Assembly: GCA_038496445.1 (NCBI GenBank)
Contig: JALMLS010000336.1
Span: 62,001 to 126,000 of the forward strand
Length of the DNA stretch: 64,000 nt
Direction of reading: 5' to 3'
DNA from: Trichosphaerium sp. ATCC 40318
Taxonomy: Eukaryota > Protista > Tubulinea
Of the stretch, positions 50,350 to 62,530 are shown in pieces. Each line of letters starts with the position of its first letter. Positions within the stretch are counted from its first letter, which is position 1. The translations under genes were made by a program, and so were the position numbers. The notes under the pieces were generated by a model that worked only from the letters and a program-made list of their open reading frames with translations, searched no databases and was not told the DNA's origin.

Positions 50350-50829
50350 AAAATTGTGAGAATTGATTTACACCACAGAAGATTGTAAATAAACAACGAT
50401 TAGGTTAGCCTAGGAATCTTCTAAGTATTAAGTTACAGTTTGTTTAAGTACAGTGCAGGATTGTCATTCAAGATAAAATAAAGCAGTGGGAAAGAACTTT
50501 AAATATATTACTTTAAGAATTTGATCCTGAGTTACCAGCTATGCTGTAACAATTTTCAGATGTTTTAGTGAGTACATGCAAGCATCTTTTTTTTAAGGAA
50601 TAGTGTTTATTGTAACTTCTACACAGTATGCAACATACCTGTTTTTTTATGTCTTTACATGGTGCAACGTGGAAACTTACTTATCTGCTTTAAACCACGC
50701 AAAAAGTATAACAACGTACTCTATAACGCATTGAGGGGAACCTCACACGATGTTTATAATCTGTAAAATAAATAGTGTTTGACACGTGATAGAAAAACGC
50801 TTAAGTCAGGCAAAGTATTAGTTGCTGTA

Positions 50830-52864
50830 ATGAACAGCGCAATTCTTGCGCTGGTTCTTTGCGTTGTGGCTATAAGAGCTAGAGAGTTTCGTAAGACATC
50901 AATATCTATGTTTCATTGTTTAACACAGTATAATAGGGTGCGATGTTTATGTAGCTCATTTTGGGAACGATACCAATGTATTATAAGACAAAAATCAGGT
51001 TTTTTTTTCTTTATTCACGTGTTTATCGCAAGTGTAGGCAGATGGCTCAAAAGAACGTCCCTACAGAAGTATTGAAAGAGCAACAACACCTAAAAACACC
51101 ACAAACACAATGCTTGTCGTATGCGTAGGAGGTAATATTTAAACTCGTTTAGCTTTCACGTGAATTTATTAAATTGATTTTTAAAAAATATTTAGGGAAC
51201 ATAGTGTTCTGTGACACTGACCGTGTCACAATACAGTGGAACTATTTTGGTACCATCATATTCAAAGCGGAGTATTGGGATCCAAGTCAAACAGAGAGAC
51301 CTATTTTGACGCGCATGGTACTCAAATATTTCTTGATATATTCTGACTTTGACAAAGCAATTTAATGTATCTACACCAACATTCTATGTTGGCTTTATCG
51401 GTACTCTTTTAGTTTCCTTTGGCTGTTGGTGAATCGTTTTATAGGAATTGACCTTACAATGCAGCAGACCGACATAGTTCGATTGTCACTACCTTCACCA
51501 AGAAAATCACTAAGAAACCATGCTACTAACATACTTCTTCTGAATGTTACCTCTAAAGGTCTGATGACAGTTAATTTTTTGGGACGTATGGGTAGTATAT
51601 ATATTCACGATAGTATTATCAACCGCCTTACAGTGATAAGAGGAGGAATGAAATCAATTGTAAGGTTGTCAAGTAGTTTCATACAGTTTGCAGAACTTCA
51701 CGGTATGTTTTTTTCGTCATATCTTTCTAGTCTTATAGCTTACTTACACATTTTCAAGTACCAACTTATTATATCAAAAACAGCTATATCAGTGACATGC
51801 TGTGGTTAGGAATGGCTCAAAAAATTACTGTTACGAACAGTGTATTTAATCGTAAGCTTTCTGTGCATGGCGAGAAAATGACTATCAACTTGACCAACAA
51901 TACTTTTAACTCAGAGAAGGAATGGACTATTCTATATATAACAACTATAACAGGATCTGTATATTTGGAGAACAATACAATAAATCTCATAAAAGTAATG
52001 TTAACAAACACGTGAAAGAAAAATATTGAAAACCACTCTGTTTTGATGACTAACTTGTGTTTTAGCCTATTGAGACCTATAATCGTTATAGCTCTATCAT
52101 TGATGTCCAGTATTATAAGTTTAAACCAGGTAGAATCTCAGTAACATTGGAAAACCAAGATATTGACCCCAGGCTTCTCAGTGCGTTAAGATTACTAGTA
52201 TGTTGAATGTTTACAGCTGATACGAAACAGGCACTTGCTTACCTGGTTACAAACCTATGAATAGATTGGTAAGCTGTAAGCCATGTGGACTGGGAAAGAC
52301 GTCACAGGGTGGTAATGGCACTTGTTTTGATTGTCCTGCAGGTATCAAAGTGCGTACGTTAAGATTGAGCCTTAGTTTTTTTAAGGCACAGAAGGACGGC
52401 TCCATGCTAATTCAAGATGTATTCCATGCCAACTAAATGAATTTTCAGAACAGTAAGCGCTTTGGTTATCGTTTGTTCTGTTTGACAGCATAAAGGGGAA
52501 GTTATTGCAGGTCTTGTAAACTACCAAACAATTCTACACAATGTATAACTCCAGTAATAGAAAGTACGTAATTCTAAGAAGAAACTTTTATTAAAAAACT
52601 ACAGAACCCACGTGATTTATTGAAAGCTATTATTTTTTATTTTCAACATACTTACAGAATAAACCAAGAGGATGTATCACCATGGACTGTTTTTTATTTG
52701 TCCGTTTTGGGACCAATCGCCATAACAATTATTGTTGTTACATCAGGTACTCAGTACTATAAAAATATATGACTTTATTTCGCTTCTTATTTTTGTCTGT
52801 AGCATTATTATATGACTCCCATATTGCGAATATGAATGCCTTGAAAATCATGGAGTTGCAATAA
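50830..52864 (+). CDS. Single-pass surface protein with beta-helix-like ectodomain and Cys-rich (CPAGT-type) repeats
   Basis: Signal peptide MNSAILALVLCVVAIRA; N/T-rich strand repeats; CKPCGLGK..CFDCPAG..CIPC; TM WTVFYLSVLGPIAITIIVV. Confidence 0.7.
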
Positions 52865-53046
52865 AGTATTAATAAATCTTTGGTATGTTACTTAGTTCTT
52901 TAAGAAGGTTTTAAAGACGACGGGGTTCTTAGTATCCAAAATTCTTTTAGATTTTAGATAGCGCGGTGGAGAATCAGAAACTCAAAAGAAATTGTTATGT
53001 TTGTAAGTACAGACAACTTAGTGCAAGGAATAATATTAGCGTAATT

Positions 53047-53494
53047 TTATTCAGATACTGCAGGAGGTGTAACAAAACAGAATTTATGTCCTTCACTAGA
53101 ATAAAAGAACAAGTACGATATTTTAACTTTGCCATCATCAGATGACCACTGTGTTATCTCTCCTGTCTTTACTCCCAAGGTATGTAGTCTTGAATACTCT
53201 TTGTTAATATCGTCAGTTTTAAAGCTTAGATGTGAATACAGCTCTCCTGCTGGGTATGGTTTCGACCTTCCATGATTTTGAGTTACTTCAACCATAAAGC
53301 CTTTGTCGTTCATTGCAAGAACTTGTGTACATCCCTTACTCTTTCTTTCATGCTTTTGTACTACCTAACTCCATTTAGCTATTACTATACATGTTTCTAT
53401 AGGTAAGGTCGTGTACCTTGATGTTTAAAGTAGCTTCAAGAAAAGTAAGAAAACTGTCTAAGTCTACTGCTCTAAACACTGCGTGAGACAGCAT
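53047..53494 (-). CDS. Glyoxalase / VOC-family protein
   Basis: MLSHAVFRAVDL, VEV, YSHLSFKTDDI, LFFYSSEGHKFCF; one intron. Confidence 0.85.
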
Positions 53495-53562
53495 GTGATG
53501 TAGTTTATGAAGTGGTTATAAAGAAATAGATTGATTGGCATGTCGTAGGTTAAGCGAGTGAT

Positions 53563-53600
53563 CGAATATTCTAGAAGAAATAGAAGGTTCTAGAAGCTTG
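53563..53600. promoter_or_regulatory. Heat-shock-element cluster upstream of the glyoxalase gene
   Basis: Two perfect three-unit arrays, GAAtaTTCtaGAA and GAAggTTCtaGAA, 70-105 bp upstream of the ATG. Confidence 0.65.
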
Positions 53601-54382
53601 TGAAACATTACGCCAAACTAAATATCACTTGATTGTGGTTGTTTGCTTTTTGCTCTAGTGATTGTTGCTACTAAATACAAGCGGATACAAGACAATGTTA
53701 TCTGCATTGGTATCAGTGCAAGCAATAAATGAACCTTTGAATTAGGCTGGAAACTGTTCTAGAGGCTCTGGTTTGCGTGTGGCTACTCGGTTACAAACTA
53801 CTAGTAGTTGAAAACAGTCAACATGCGTTGCCTAGGTAATATGTTCATAATCTTCTTCGAAAAAGAAACCTCTGTGTTTTGATACCTAAATTATCAAATA
53901 AGCTATAACCTTGCATAAGTACACAATGATTTATTGAGCAACTGCTGTAAAAAGGAAAGATTTGAAAAAGGTATCTGCGGGTTAGAACGATTGTTCAAAA
54001 GAATGACCAATTTACAGCAATCAGGTATAGAGACGGGTGATGATAGCTTTATGTGGAACACTGAAAGTGATAAAAACCGCCAGAAACAACAGAATGTAAT
54101 GCTTACTCACTACAGTGTAAAAGAATTACCTGTAAAACATGGTGGTGTTAGAGGAGAAGAATATGATCCCAGGCAGAAATAACTCGGTTTTAGTTTCAAT
54201 GAAATAGTTGATTGAAGTACACTATTAATCACCAGCAAGTTCTGGTTAAAACTATTTATAGCCACATATGTGCTCTGAAGCATACCCTGAATATGGGTTA
54301 AAATAACGTTTTTGAGATGTGCTAGAATTTTTTTGAAAGTGTGAACTGCATACAAAAATCGTCCCTAGGTATTATATTCGTT

Positions 54383-55638
54383 ATGGAGGGTACCACCAAT
54401 GAGCACCCTCTCAAAGTAGTTCTAACAGGCCACGTTACCGTTGGTATGTTGAACTTTAATACCTACCCATTACAAAGTACTTACAGCGCCAAGGAAAGAC
54501 TAGTTTGTTGTATAGATTCGTTGATGGTACAAAACGCTCCACAATTGAAAATAACGCCTGCTGTAAGATCGGTTCTGGCCAGACCATACGCAAAGGGATA
54601 CAGTAGTAGAGCACGTATAAACGTTTAAAGATAAAATATTATCTAAATGTCCTCAAGACACCCTTTTTCAACAAAATGTGGGCGACCAGTAGTATTAGGT
54701 GCGTAATATAGGTGTATTAAAGGTAAAAAACCCATTTGTTGTTTAGAGTTAGCTGACACCCCTCCTCCGGGGAACTTTCCTAGAATACGGCCGCTGGGTT
54801 ATACTAACGCAGTACGTCACGTGATATTGTCTTTGCAACTTTTACACATTTTGTGCCAACTCCTAAACGCACAGTCTTTAAATTACCCACAGAATGAAAA
54901 GAGGAATAGATAAACACTTACTCGTGTGTTGCATTAGAGCCACCGAGAGTTATTCTTACTCCAAACCGATCCTGTTCTCTCTGTTTGTTGAACAAAGCCT
55001 TTCATCTTGAGGCTTTTTGTAAAAACAACTCAACTTGAGTCTACAAGGAATAATCTGATACTCTGTTTGTATTTAGCGTTCACTTAATCTAGTAGATATA
55101 GATATGTTGGTTTTGATTTAACTCCGTCATTTATTTAGGCTGTGATGGTACTCGTTTTTGATCTTACCAACAGACATAGTTTTGATGAGATTACAACTAC
55201 AGTTACGTTAGTGTTTTGTTCGTCATCTGATGCTATTATGTTTCAGTTTAGTCCTGAAATCAATTACCATACACCAGGTGTACCTGTTTTACTTGTTGGT
55301 AATAAGTTAGATATCAGAGATGATGAGAATGAAAAGCATATTTCTTTCCAACAAGGAAAACAATTAGCTTCTGCAATAGGTGTATGTCATCGCCCCTCTA
55401 TACAATGTTATACTACAATGTTAAATTAATTTCTAGGCACATAGTTATGCTGAAACAAGTGCAAAGGATAATTCAGGTGTCAATGATGGCACGTGACTTG
55501 TAAAACCAATTTTTTAATTTATTTTTTAACTTCAAACAAATAATTGACATTGTAGCTTTCTATGAAGCAACATTAATGGCTCTACAGTACAGACTTTCAA
55601 ACATTCCTAAGAGCTCTAATAGGTGCTATTTGATGTAA
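54383..55638 (+). CDS. Highly divergent Rho-like small GTPase
   Basis: KVVLTGHVTVGKTSLL, LELADTPPPGNFPRIRPLGY, VLVFDLTNRHSF, PVLLVGNKLDIR, YAETSAK; CAAX box CYLM. The model requires two GC-AG introns. Confidence 0.85.
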
Positions 55639-55779
55639 AAATGTAAAATAAACCGACTTTGTCATTTGTCCGTGGATTTGCGAGTTGCAACGTTCAGTGA
55701 ACGAGACCACTATGTTTTCAAAGTTGTCACTTCCTCCAGTGAAGAAGTGATTGTTCTTTGGTTTAACATATGTTTTACA

Positions 55780-57629
55780 ATGCATACAATAATAGTATTA
55801 TTTGGTAAGAATGATCCACAGTGGGATATAGTAGTTCATGTGAAAATCGAAAGTCATTTTTTCAAATACTTAAACTATCAATGCATCAACTCTTCATTTC
55901 ATTAGTCGTCTTGTATCTCATAATACAATCCATTTCCGCACAACCAAGTACGAATACCAGATTAATTTGACATTTTGAGTAACGTTATTTAATAGTGGAG
56001 GGATCTGTTGTATCTATATTTGCAGGATCGTCACCGACTTCAACAAACTTATTTCCAGAGTCAATGGTCACAGTGAACGACTCTGCCTTAGAATCTCAAT
56101 TTACAATTGGTTCTGCATTTACAACACAACTGGATGTATCATTTACAACAATATCGGTGTCCTATGTATTTACTGGAGCATCTTTCTTTGGAGAGTACTA
56201 CTTTATTGTAGATCTAGCACCCTACAACACAGCAGGTACATCAAAATTCACATCAAATGAAGTAACTGAAAAGACCTTATTCGAGTTTTTAGATGCTATA
56301 ATTGAATCAAATTCATTTCCACGAGGTGTAGCGTCATCAATGATAGTCTCATTTCCAAACTCAACATCAATACAGTAAGCTCATCCACGTATTTATTGTT
56401 CTGGTTTTAATGTGCCTTTAGAGTATACATACCCAGCAATGCGTACGTTGCTGGAACACATACTGTCGAAATTGATTTACCCGAACAGCCCACCATCATT
56501 GGTAAGTCCGTTGTTTATCTGAAATGTTTACATCTGAAGTTTACTGACACAAACCTAAAAATAGATGAAGGAACACTTGTAAATATCAGCTTTTCTGATC
56601 TGTTAACATCTGGTTACGAAAGCAGTATTACAACACCCTCAGTGAATGTACCTGTAAATTATACAAGCATAGAATCAAGTTTCCCACAACCCTCACAGCT
56701 AATTGTTGATGTTGACATTGATGGTAATGCAGTCACTGTTAGAATTGAGTCTACACTAGTCAATACTGGATTTCCTAAATTGTATGCCCGTGTCAATTGG
56801 GCTGAGTATAATCCATCGGGTACGTCCATTTACCACTTGTTTCAATTTAAAAATACATAAAAAATGGTGTTTACCAAAGTTCTAATACCTCTTTCTCAGC
56901 ATCTTCACTTGGTATTGTTACATTCCCTGTTCCAGTTGGTTTATCATTTCCAGACTCAACAACACTCATGTACGCCTTACATATACAACTTGAAAATACT
57001 GATATACCGCCACTACTAGGCTTGAAATAGATCCTTTTGACATTGTGACTGAAGATGATTTCAAAGCAGAAGTAATTCTAGCTCCTCCACCACCTACACC
57101 TCCGCCAACAACACCTCCTCCAACTACTCCACCAACAACAACTGCTCCAACTGCGCCACCAACAACTTTGCCGCCAACAACAGTTGCTCCAACAACTTTA
57201 CCTCCAACAACAGCCCCTCCAACTACACTTGCTCCAACTGCTCTACCAACCACTTTACCGCCAACAACTTTGTCACCTATTACCCTACCAACGACCTTAC
57301 CTCCTACGACTTTACCTCCGACAACCTTACCTACAACAAACCCACCTACTACTGATACACCTACAACAGCCTCCCCAAGATCAGCTATCCCTACAACTGC
57401 CATACCATCATTGCCATCAACTACTATACCTACAGAAGCACCAACAATGCATAATACACCTACGGCACCTACTCCTTCAGCAACGCCAACACAAAGCGTA
57501 CCATCAAGTTCTACAACACCAACATCGCCAACACCTTCTGTAGTTATATCACAAACCAGTGATTGTAGTTTAATATCAGGTGTACGATTGGTAATACCCT
57601 TGATTGTAATGTTATTGTTGCAACTGTAA
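55780..57629 (+). CDS. Mucin-like, probably GPI-anchored surface glycoprotein
   Basis: Signal peptide, beta-rich N-terminal domains, (PPTTL/A)n stalk and a hydrophobic C-terminal tail with no cytoplasmic segment. Confidence 0.8.
57083..57540 (+). repeat. Pro/Thr-rich coding repeat (PPTTL units)
   Basis: Degenerate 15-nt repeats. Confidence 0.85.
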
Positions 57630-58077
57630 CAGAATAAATGGAGCAAGTTGACTTTCATATAGTTGATGCTAGTTCACATTGACGACGGTACTGTATGAGA
57701 GGCAACAGTTTTCTTTTGTGTTACAGAAAAGAACGAAATGAGTAAATGAAGGTACTACAGTATTGTAAACAATAATACACTGACGGTCGTCTATCAATCT
57801 TGCAGTGCAGTGCATTTCTAGAGCGTGTAATCAAAACGTCACGTACTTCCGGATGTAGTATCTTGAGCGCATTTAGAATTCTCTTTGCCTTAAGGCTTTA
57901 AGTCGCGCATAACAATTTTCATTGAATATTGGTTGATCGCATAAACTTCAATATGCTTTAATAGCAATAAAAATGCGTATGCCTTGACCAAATTGAATTT
58001 TTTTTTTATGAGAAAAACAACAGAAAATTTCTCAACGTAAGATATTTTTGCTGAAACAAAGAAATCATAAAAATGAA

Positions 58078-59128
58078 ATGGCTAAAGACGAAGAACCACC
58101 GTGGCTTCAAGAAATTAACTCCTTGAGTAAGATTACTGCGTCTATTTTCCTTGCTGGAGAACAGAGCGCAAAGGATTACGAATTGTTGGTTAAAAATAAC
58201 ATAAAAAGTGTCATAAACGTTGCTCGTGAAGTACCAAACTACCACGTAAAGCAGGGGATAAAATATCTTAAAATTAACCTCGATGATGTTGAAGATCAAG
58301 TAGTATCGTTAAAAGACATTGTTACACGCGTTGAAAAGTTCGTTGGGAGACAAGGAAGCAGTAAAAGAGCTGCCAAGTGTTTGTTTCATTGCCGCGCAGG
58401 CTCTTCAAGGTTCGTAATCATTGTTTCAGAGCCAACGCAATCAATAGCGCCATAGTTTTCCAAACTGCTTTTTTTTTTTTTGCAAAACCTTCAGGACGCG
58501 CCCAAACCGAACTCCTGATACTATCAGCAACGTTTTCTAAGTTTTTTGTAGAGGTTCAACTGTTGCTATGGCTTACATGATGAAACGTCTTCGTATGCCT
58601 CTGAAAACAGCTTTCGCGCTTGTTAAAGAGAAACGATGGATAATTCATCCAAATCCAACCTTTCGAGCAGCACTCATGGACTACGAGGTTACGCTCTTTG
58701 GTTCAAACTCTATAGACTTGAACGAAGTAGTTGTAACAAGCGATGACGAGCAAGAAAGCGAAGAAAGCGTTGACATGTATCAAGAAATCGACTTCTTGAA
58801 CTTCCCGCCAATGCTCGTTGTTAACATGGATCTTAACAAAGAATTCCTTCATGATAGCATAGAGCTTGAGATACCTCAACTACCTTTCTCTACTGGTATT
58901 GAAGTCAAGTCGAATACAAAGATGTACACTGATTCAAAAAAAAAAAGAAAATTTCAGGAAAATATGTTCGGTCATCTTTGTCTTAATCAACAACAGCCAA
59001 AGACGAAAAAGATTAAATTCACTCTACGTATAGATGAAAAGTCAGAAAGCGTTAAAAGTGGTAATTTGGATGGATCACCTCTAGCAAGTAGTCAGTGGAA
59101 TCTATTGCTTTCAAAACTTAAAACGTGA
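58078..59128 (+). CDS. Dual-specificity protein phosphatase
   Basis: IFLAG, NIKSVINVA, LDD, FHCRAGSSR(G)STVAMAYMM, IHPNPTF; one intron. Confidence 0.9.
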
Positions 59129-59324
59129 CATTCTCGCGAGACGACATGTCAAATGTATTATAAAAACTGTAAAAAACCAAATTATAAATTAGTTAGCTAT
59201 TTACAAGTGCTCTGGTTTATATTTATAACAACTTTTTGTGGATTAAGCAGGTGCACTTTTTTGCCAACAAAATTGCTTTGATTTCAACGTGTTGCACTTG
59301 TGCAAAAATGTCACAGATGAAGTT

Positions 59325-59860
59325 GCGTACAGATAAATTCTACGTATTTTATGAAACTGTTAGATACCCTTATATAACTGGTCTTACTCTTCCTCTTATC
59401 ACTGAAACTCCTTTGATAATGCTGTCATTTTTTTCTATATTGCCAATGTGTCCACGGAAATCAAACATCACCAAACTGTTTGCTGTAGTATTTCGAAGAA
59501 GTAAATTTGTTATTGTGTTTCTTTGAGATACTTTGCTAGGTTTTGAGAGTCAGATTAAACTCCACGCCATAGAATGTTGTGTCGATACATTAGTTTCAAA
59601 GTCAGAATATATCAAGAAATATTTGAGTACCAAGTTGTTCATAACAGCCGACTTGGATCCCAATACTCCGCTTTGAATACGATGGTACGAAAATTGTGAC
59701 ACAGTTAGTTTCATACCACAACGTTCCCTAGACAATTCAATACTCACGTGGAGCGCAGACGCTTAAAATTACCTCCAACCCAAAAGACATGCACTTTGTT
59801 TGTGGTGTCACATGTTGCCCTCAATACTTCTGTACAGGGACGTTCTTTGAACCATCAGCT
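59325..59860 (-). pseudogene. Decayed inverted partial copy of the 50830-52864 gene family
   Basis: The reverse complement is colinear with about 51040-51705, including identical blocks TTCAAAGCGGAGTATTGGGATCCAAGTC and a 36-nt stretch, but has frameshifts, deletions and a lost acceptor. Confidence 0.8.
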
Positions 59861-59862
59861 TT

Positions 59863-62156
59863 TTATTCCAATATACAATACAGATTACTAATTTTTGCGC
59901 AACCATTATTCTCACAGGTATTAATACAAGGCACAGTCTGCTCTTTAAAATTTGCAATAGCCTGAAGCTCTGTGTTGAAGGTATTAGGGTTTGTAATTTT
60001 GTATCCATGCATGATAATTTCATCCAACATTGGCAATGAAGCAGCCAAATCATTCAACCCAAAAAGAAGAGATCTAGTCTCTTCATTGCTAAATAAACTA
60101 AGTCAATGCGATTTTTTACATTGAATAAAATCACTAGAACATAACCAACGTTGGTTAAGCACCACGTTGAATCAATCATCTCTGAGTTGCAAAGAAATCG
60201 TTTATAAATATCTCAAGAGAAAAAAGAAGGTATTAAGCAAATACAACGTGACTTACTCTCGAATGTCTAAGTGCGATACATTCAACTCAACCAAAAAATG
60301 TAACGAAGTTAGGTATCCAACACTTTTAAAAGCTAAACCTTTACACTTGGGCATTATCAAGTGCTCTAGAGTTGTCAAATTGCCGACAATATAGTTATCT
60401 TTTGGACTTGTAAAGTCTAGACCTTCAATTTCTAGTACTCTAAGAGGTATATGGGATACGCATTTTAAATCTGTAAAGTAATATAAGAAAAATATAAGAA
60501 AGAACACTGTAAAGGTCCATGTTGCTACTCACCTTGGTTTGTCAACTTGCCATTATTTGGTAACACCAAATGTCTTAAATTATATAAGCTCGATAATACG
60601 TGAATACTATCACCATTAATTGCATCTCCATTGCTACAAAAATAAGTTAAACAAGATTGTTTTGAATTCAGCACCTTCCACTTATATCAAGGCTTGCTAA
60701 GTTTATAAGTGATTGTGTAAAGCCCAGGTTTCCGTAAGGTATAAAACAGGCAAGACTCTGCAGATTTGTAATGGTTGAAAATGGTTTGAGCTGAAGAAGC
60801 TTGGAGGAAATAAAGTTTTTTTGAGTGCTGTCATTTAAAGATAATGAAGTTAAGTTAGATAGCTTTGTAAGTTCAAATAGACTCTTTGGCGTTAGCTCTG
60901 TACTTTTCAAATTGTTTAGTTGAAGCTCCTACATTTGCATTAAAGTTGATATGTATTGCTATCATACAGTTAAGTGCGTCAGATGCGGAATCAAGTGTTG
61001 AAAGTGGCTATCCTTAATTAGATGCTTTTCCTTTCTTGACATAAATTCCGTGGTTTTCTCAGCTGGTACACAGTTTTCCTTGTCTACCCAGCAGAAATCT
61101 AATGTTAAGCTATTTTTGATAGGTCTAAACTTTTGTAAAACTCTTCCGTGTTTGACCCAAAAGGAAGGGTAGATTGTTTCATCTCCCCGTGCAGTTTCAT
61201 GTGTGCATATTTTATTGGCATCATATTTATGTTCCTTCAACTCGCTTGGTGGATTTATTATTGTGAGCCATTTCGGTGGAGAGCTACCTGGTGTTGGCAT
61301 AGGTACCAGGTAAGACACTTTATCATAAGGACAGCTATTTATAACTACAAAAAAGAAACAACAGTGAATAGTAACATAACAAAAAGAAGTGGTACACATA
61401 CTCTTAGATTTTTCAAATGCAGTCGCTATAGTGCACTCCCATTCAGCTGATTTTGAATGAAATGTGTTTATTTCTTTCCATCCATTAGGTGGTTGCACAT
61501 ATAAGTATTCTCCTGGAGTTATCCTACGTGTGGCAAATAGTTGAAAACGAATATCATAATTGTCAATGTCAACATTCTATCAGACAGGTGTTAGTACAAC
61601 CAGATATGTTCAAATTGACGTACCAGCTCTAGCCTACAATTAGCACCCTTGCTACTGTATTTAGGTTAGAATTACAACAAGAACTAGTGCACAATAACAC
61701 ATACCTATACCTAAGAAAGCGGCCTTCTACTGTACTAATAAACCGGGTATCCAAGAAGATAGTCTGTTGCCATGATTTTGGTGAAACCCAAAAAACACCT
61801 GGTGAAAGCAATGTTATGTCTGGTACGTGTTTTCTAAGTCTTATCTGTCCTTTCAACAACCAGTAAGTACAAGATAGACAACAACATACAAAGCCCTTAA
61901 GGGCTTAAAACTAACCTTTTAGTTCTGTTACAAACTGTCCACGACTAAAGTGTTGTCTTGTTTTAACTCCACCGTAGAGTTGATCAATATTGAATCTCCT
62001 TGGTGATACATTTTTCTTTATCCGCTTATACTTGTGATGTGGGTCGAAAACTAGAAGACTCACCAGATGTTCAAATGCGGATTGTGTAATAAAATTTGGT
62101 TCTTGCGCCATATTGCCATGCCAGTAAGCTGGTGCATGCGTAAGAAATAAACTCAT
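59863..62156 (-). CDS. LRR-containing protein with uncharacterised N-terminal domain (multi-exon)
   Basis: LTKLSNLTSLSLN, NLASLDIS, LTSLHFLVELNVSHL repeats; GT-AG introns. Confidence 0.72.
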
Positions 62157-62530
62157 CGTTCAACGGTTTTTTTTATTTGGAACATAGCACGTGGTAACTT
62201 GTGTATCTCTGGCTTTTGAGCTTCGTAAAACGACGAACAATGTTTAACGGTTTTGATAACAATACGCACCTGCGAGAAAATGATTATCTTCAGCGAGTGT
62301 GGTCACATAATACTGCTTGGGGGCATACGACATGAAGAAATAAACACGTGATATCTCTATTGGAACATAAACACTGAGATATTCTAGTTTAACCATACCA
62401 AGGCTTATTGTATCATTGGACGCTCAGCGAAGCGAGTTTGTTGGCTGCTAAGAGAAGTGTTGCGAAGAAATTTCTCAGATTATATTCAAGGACTTTCTCA
62501 CTTCAACCATTTTGCTTTGTTAACGGCTTT

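Noticed and set aside
56966-57658. 230-aa Val/Gly ORF on the minus strand
   Set aside because: It is the antisense reading of the mucin PPTT repeat.
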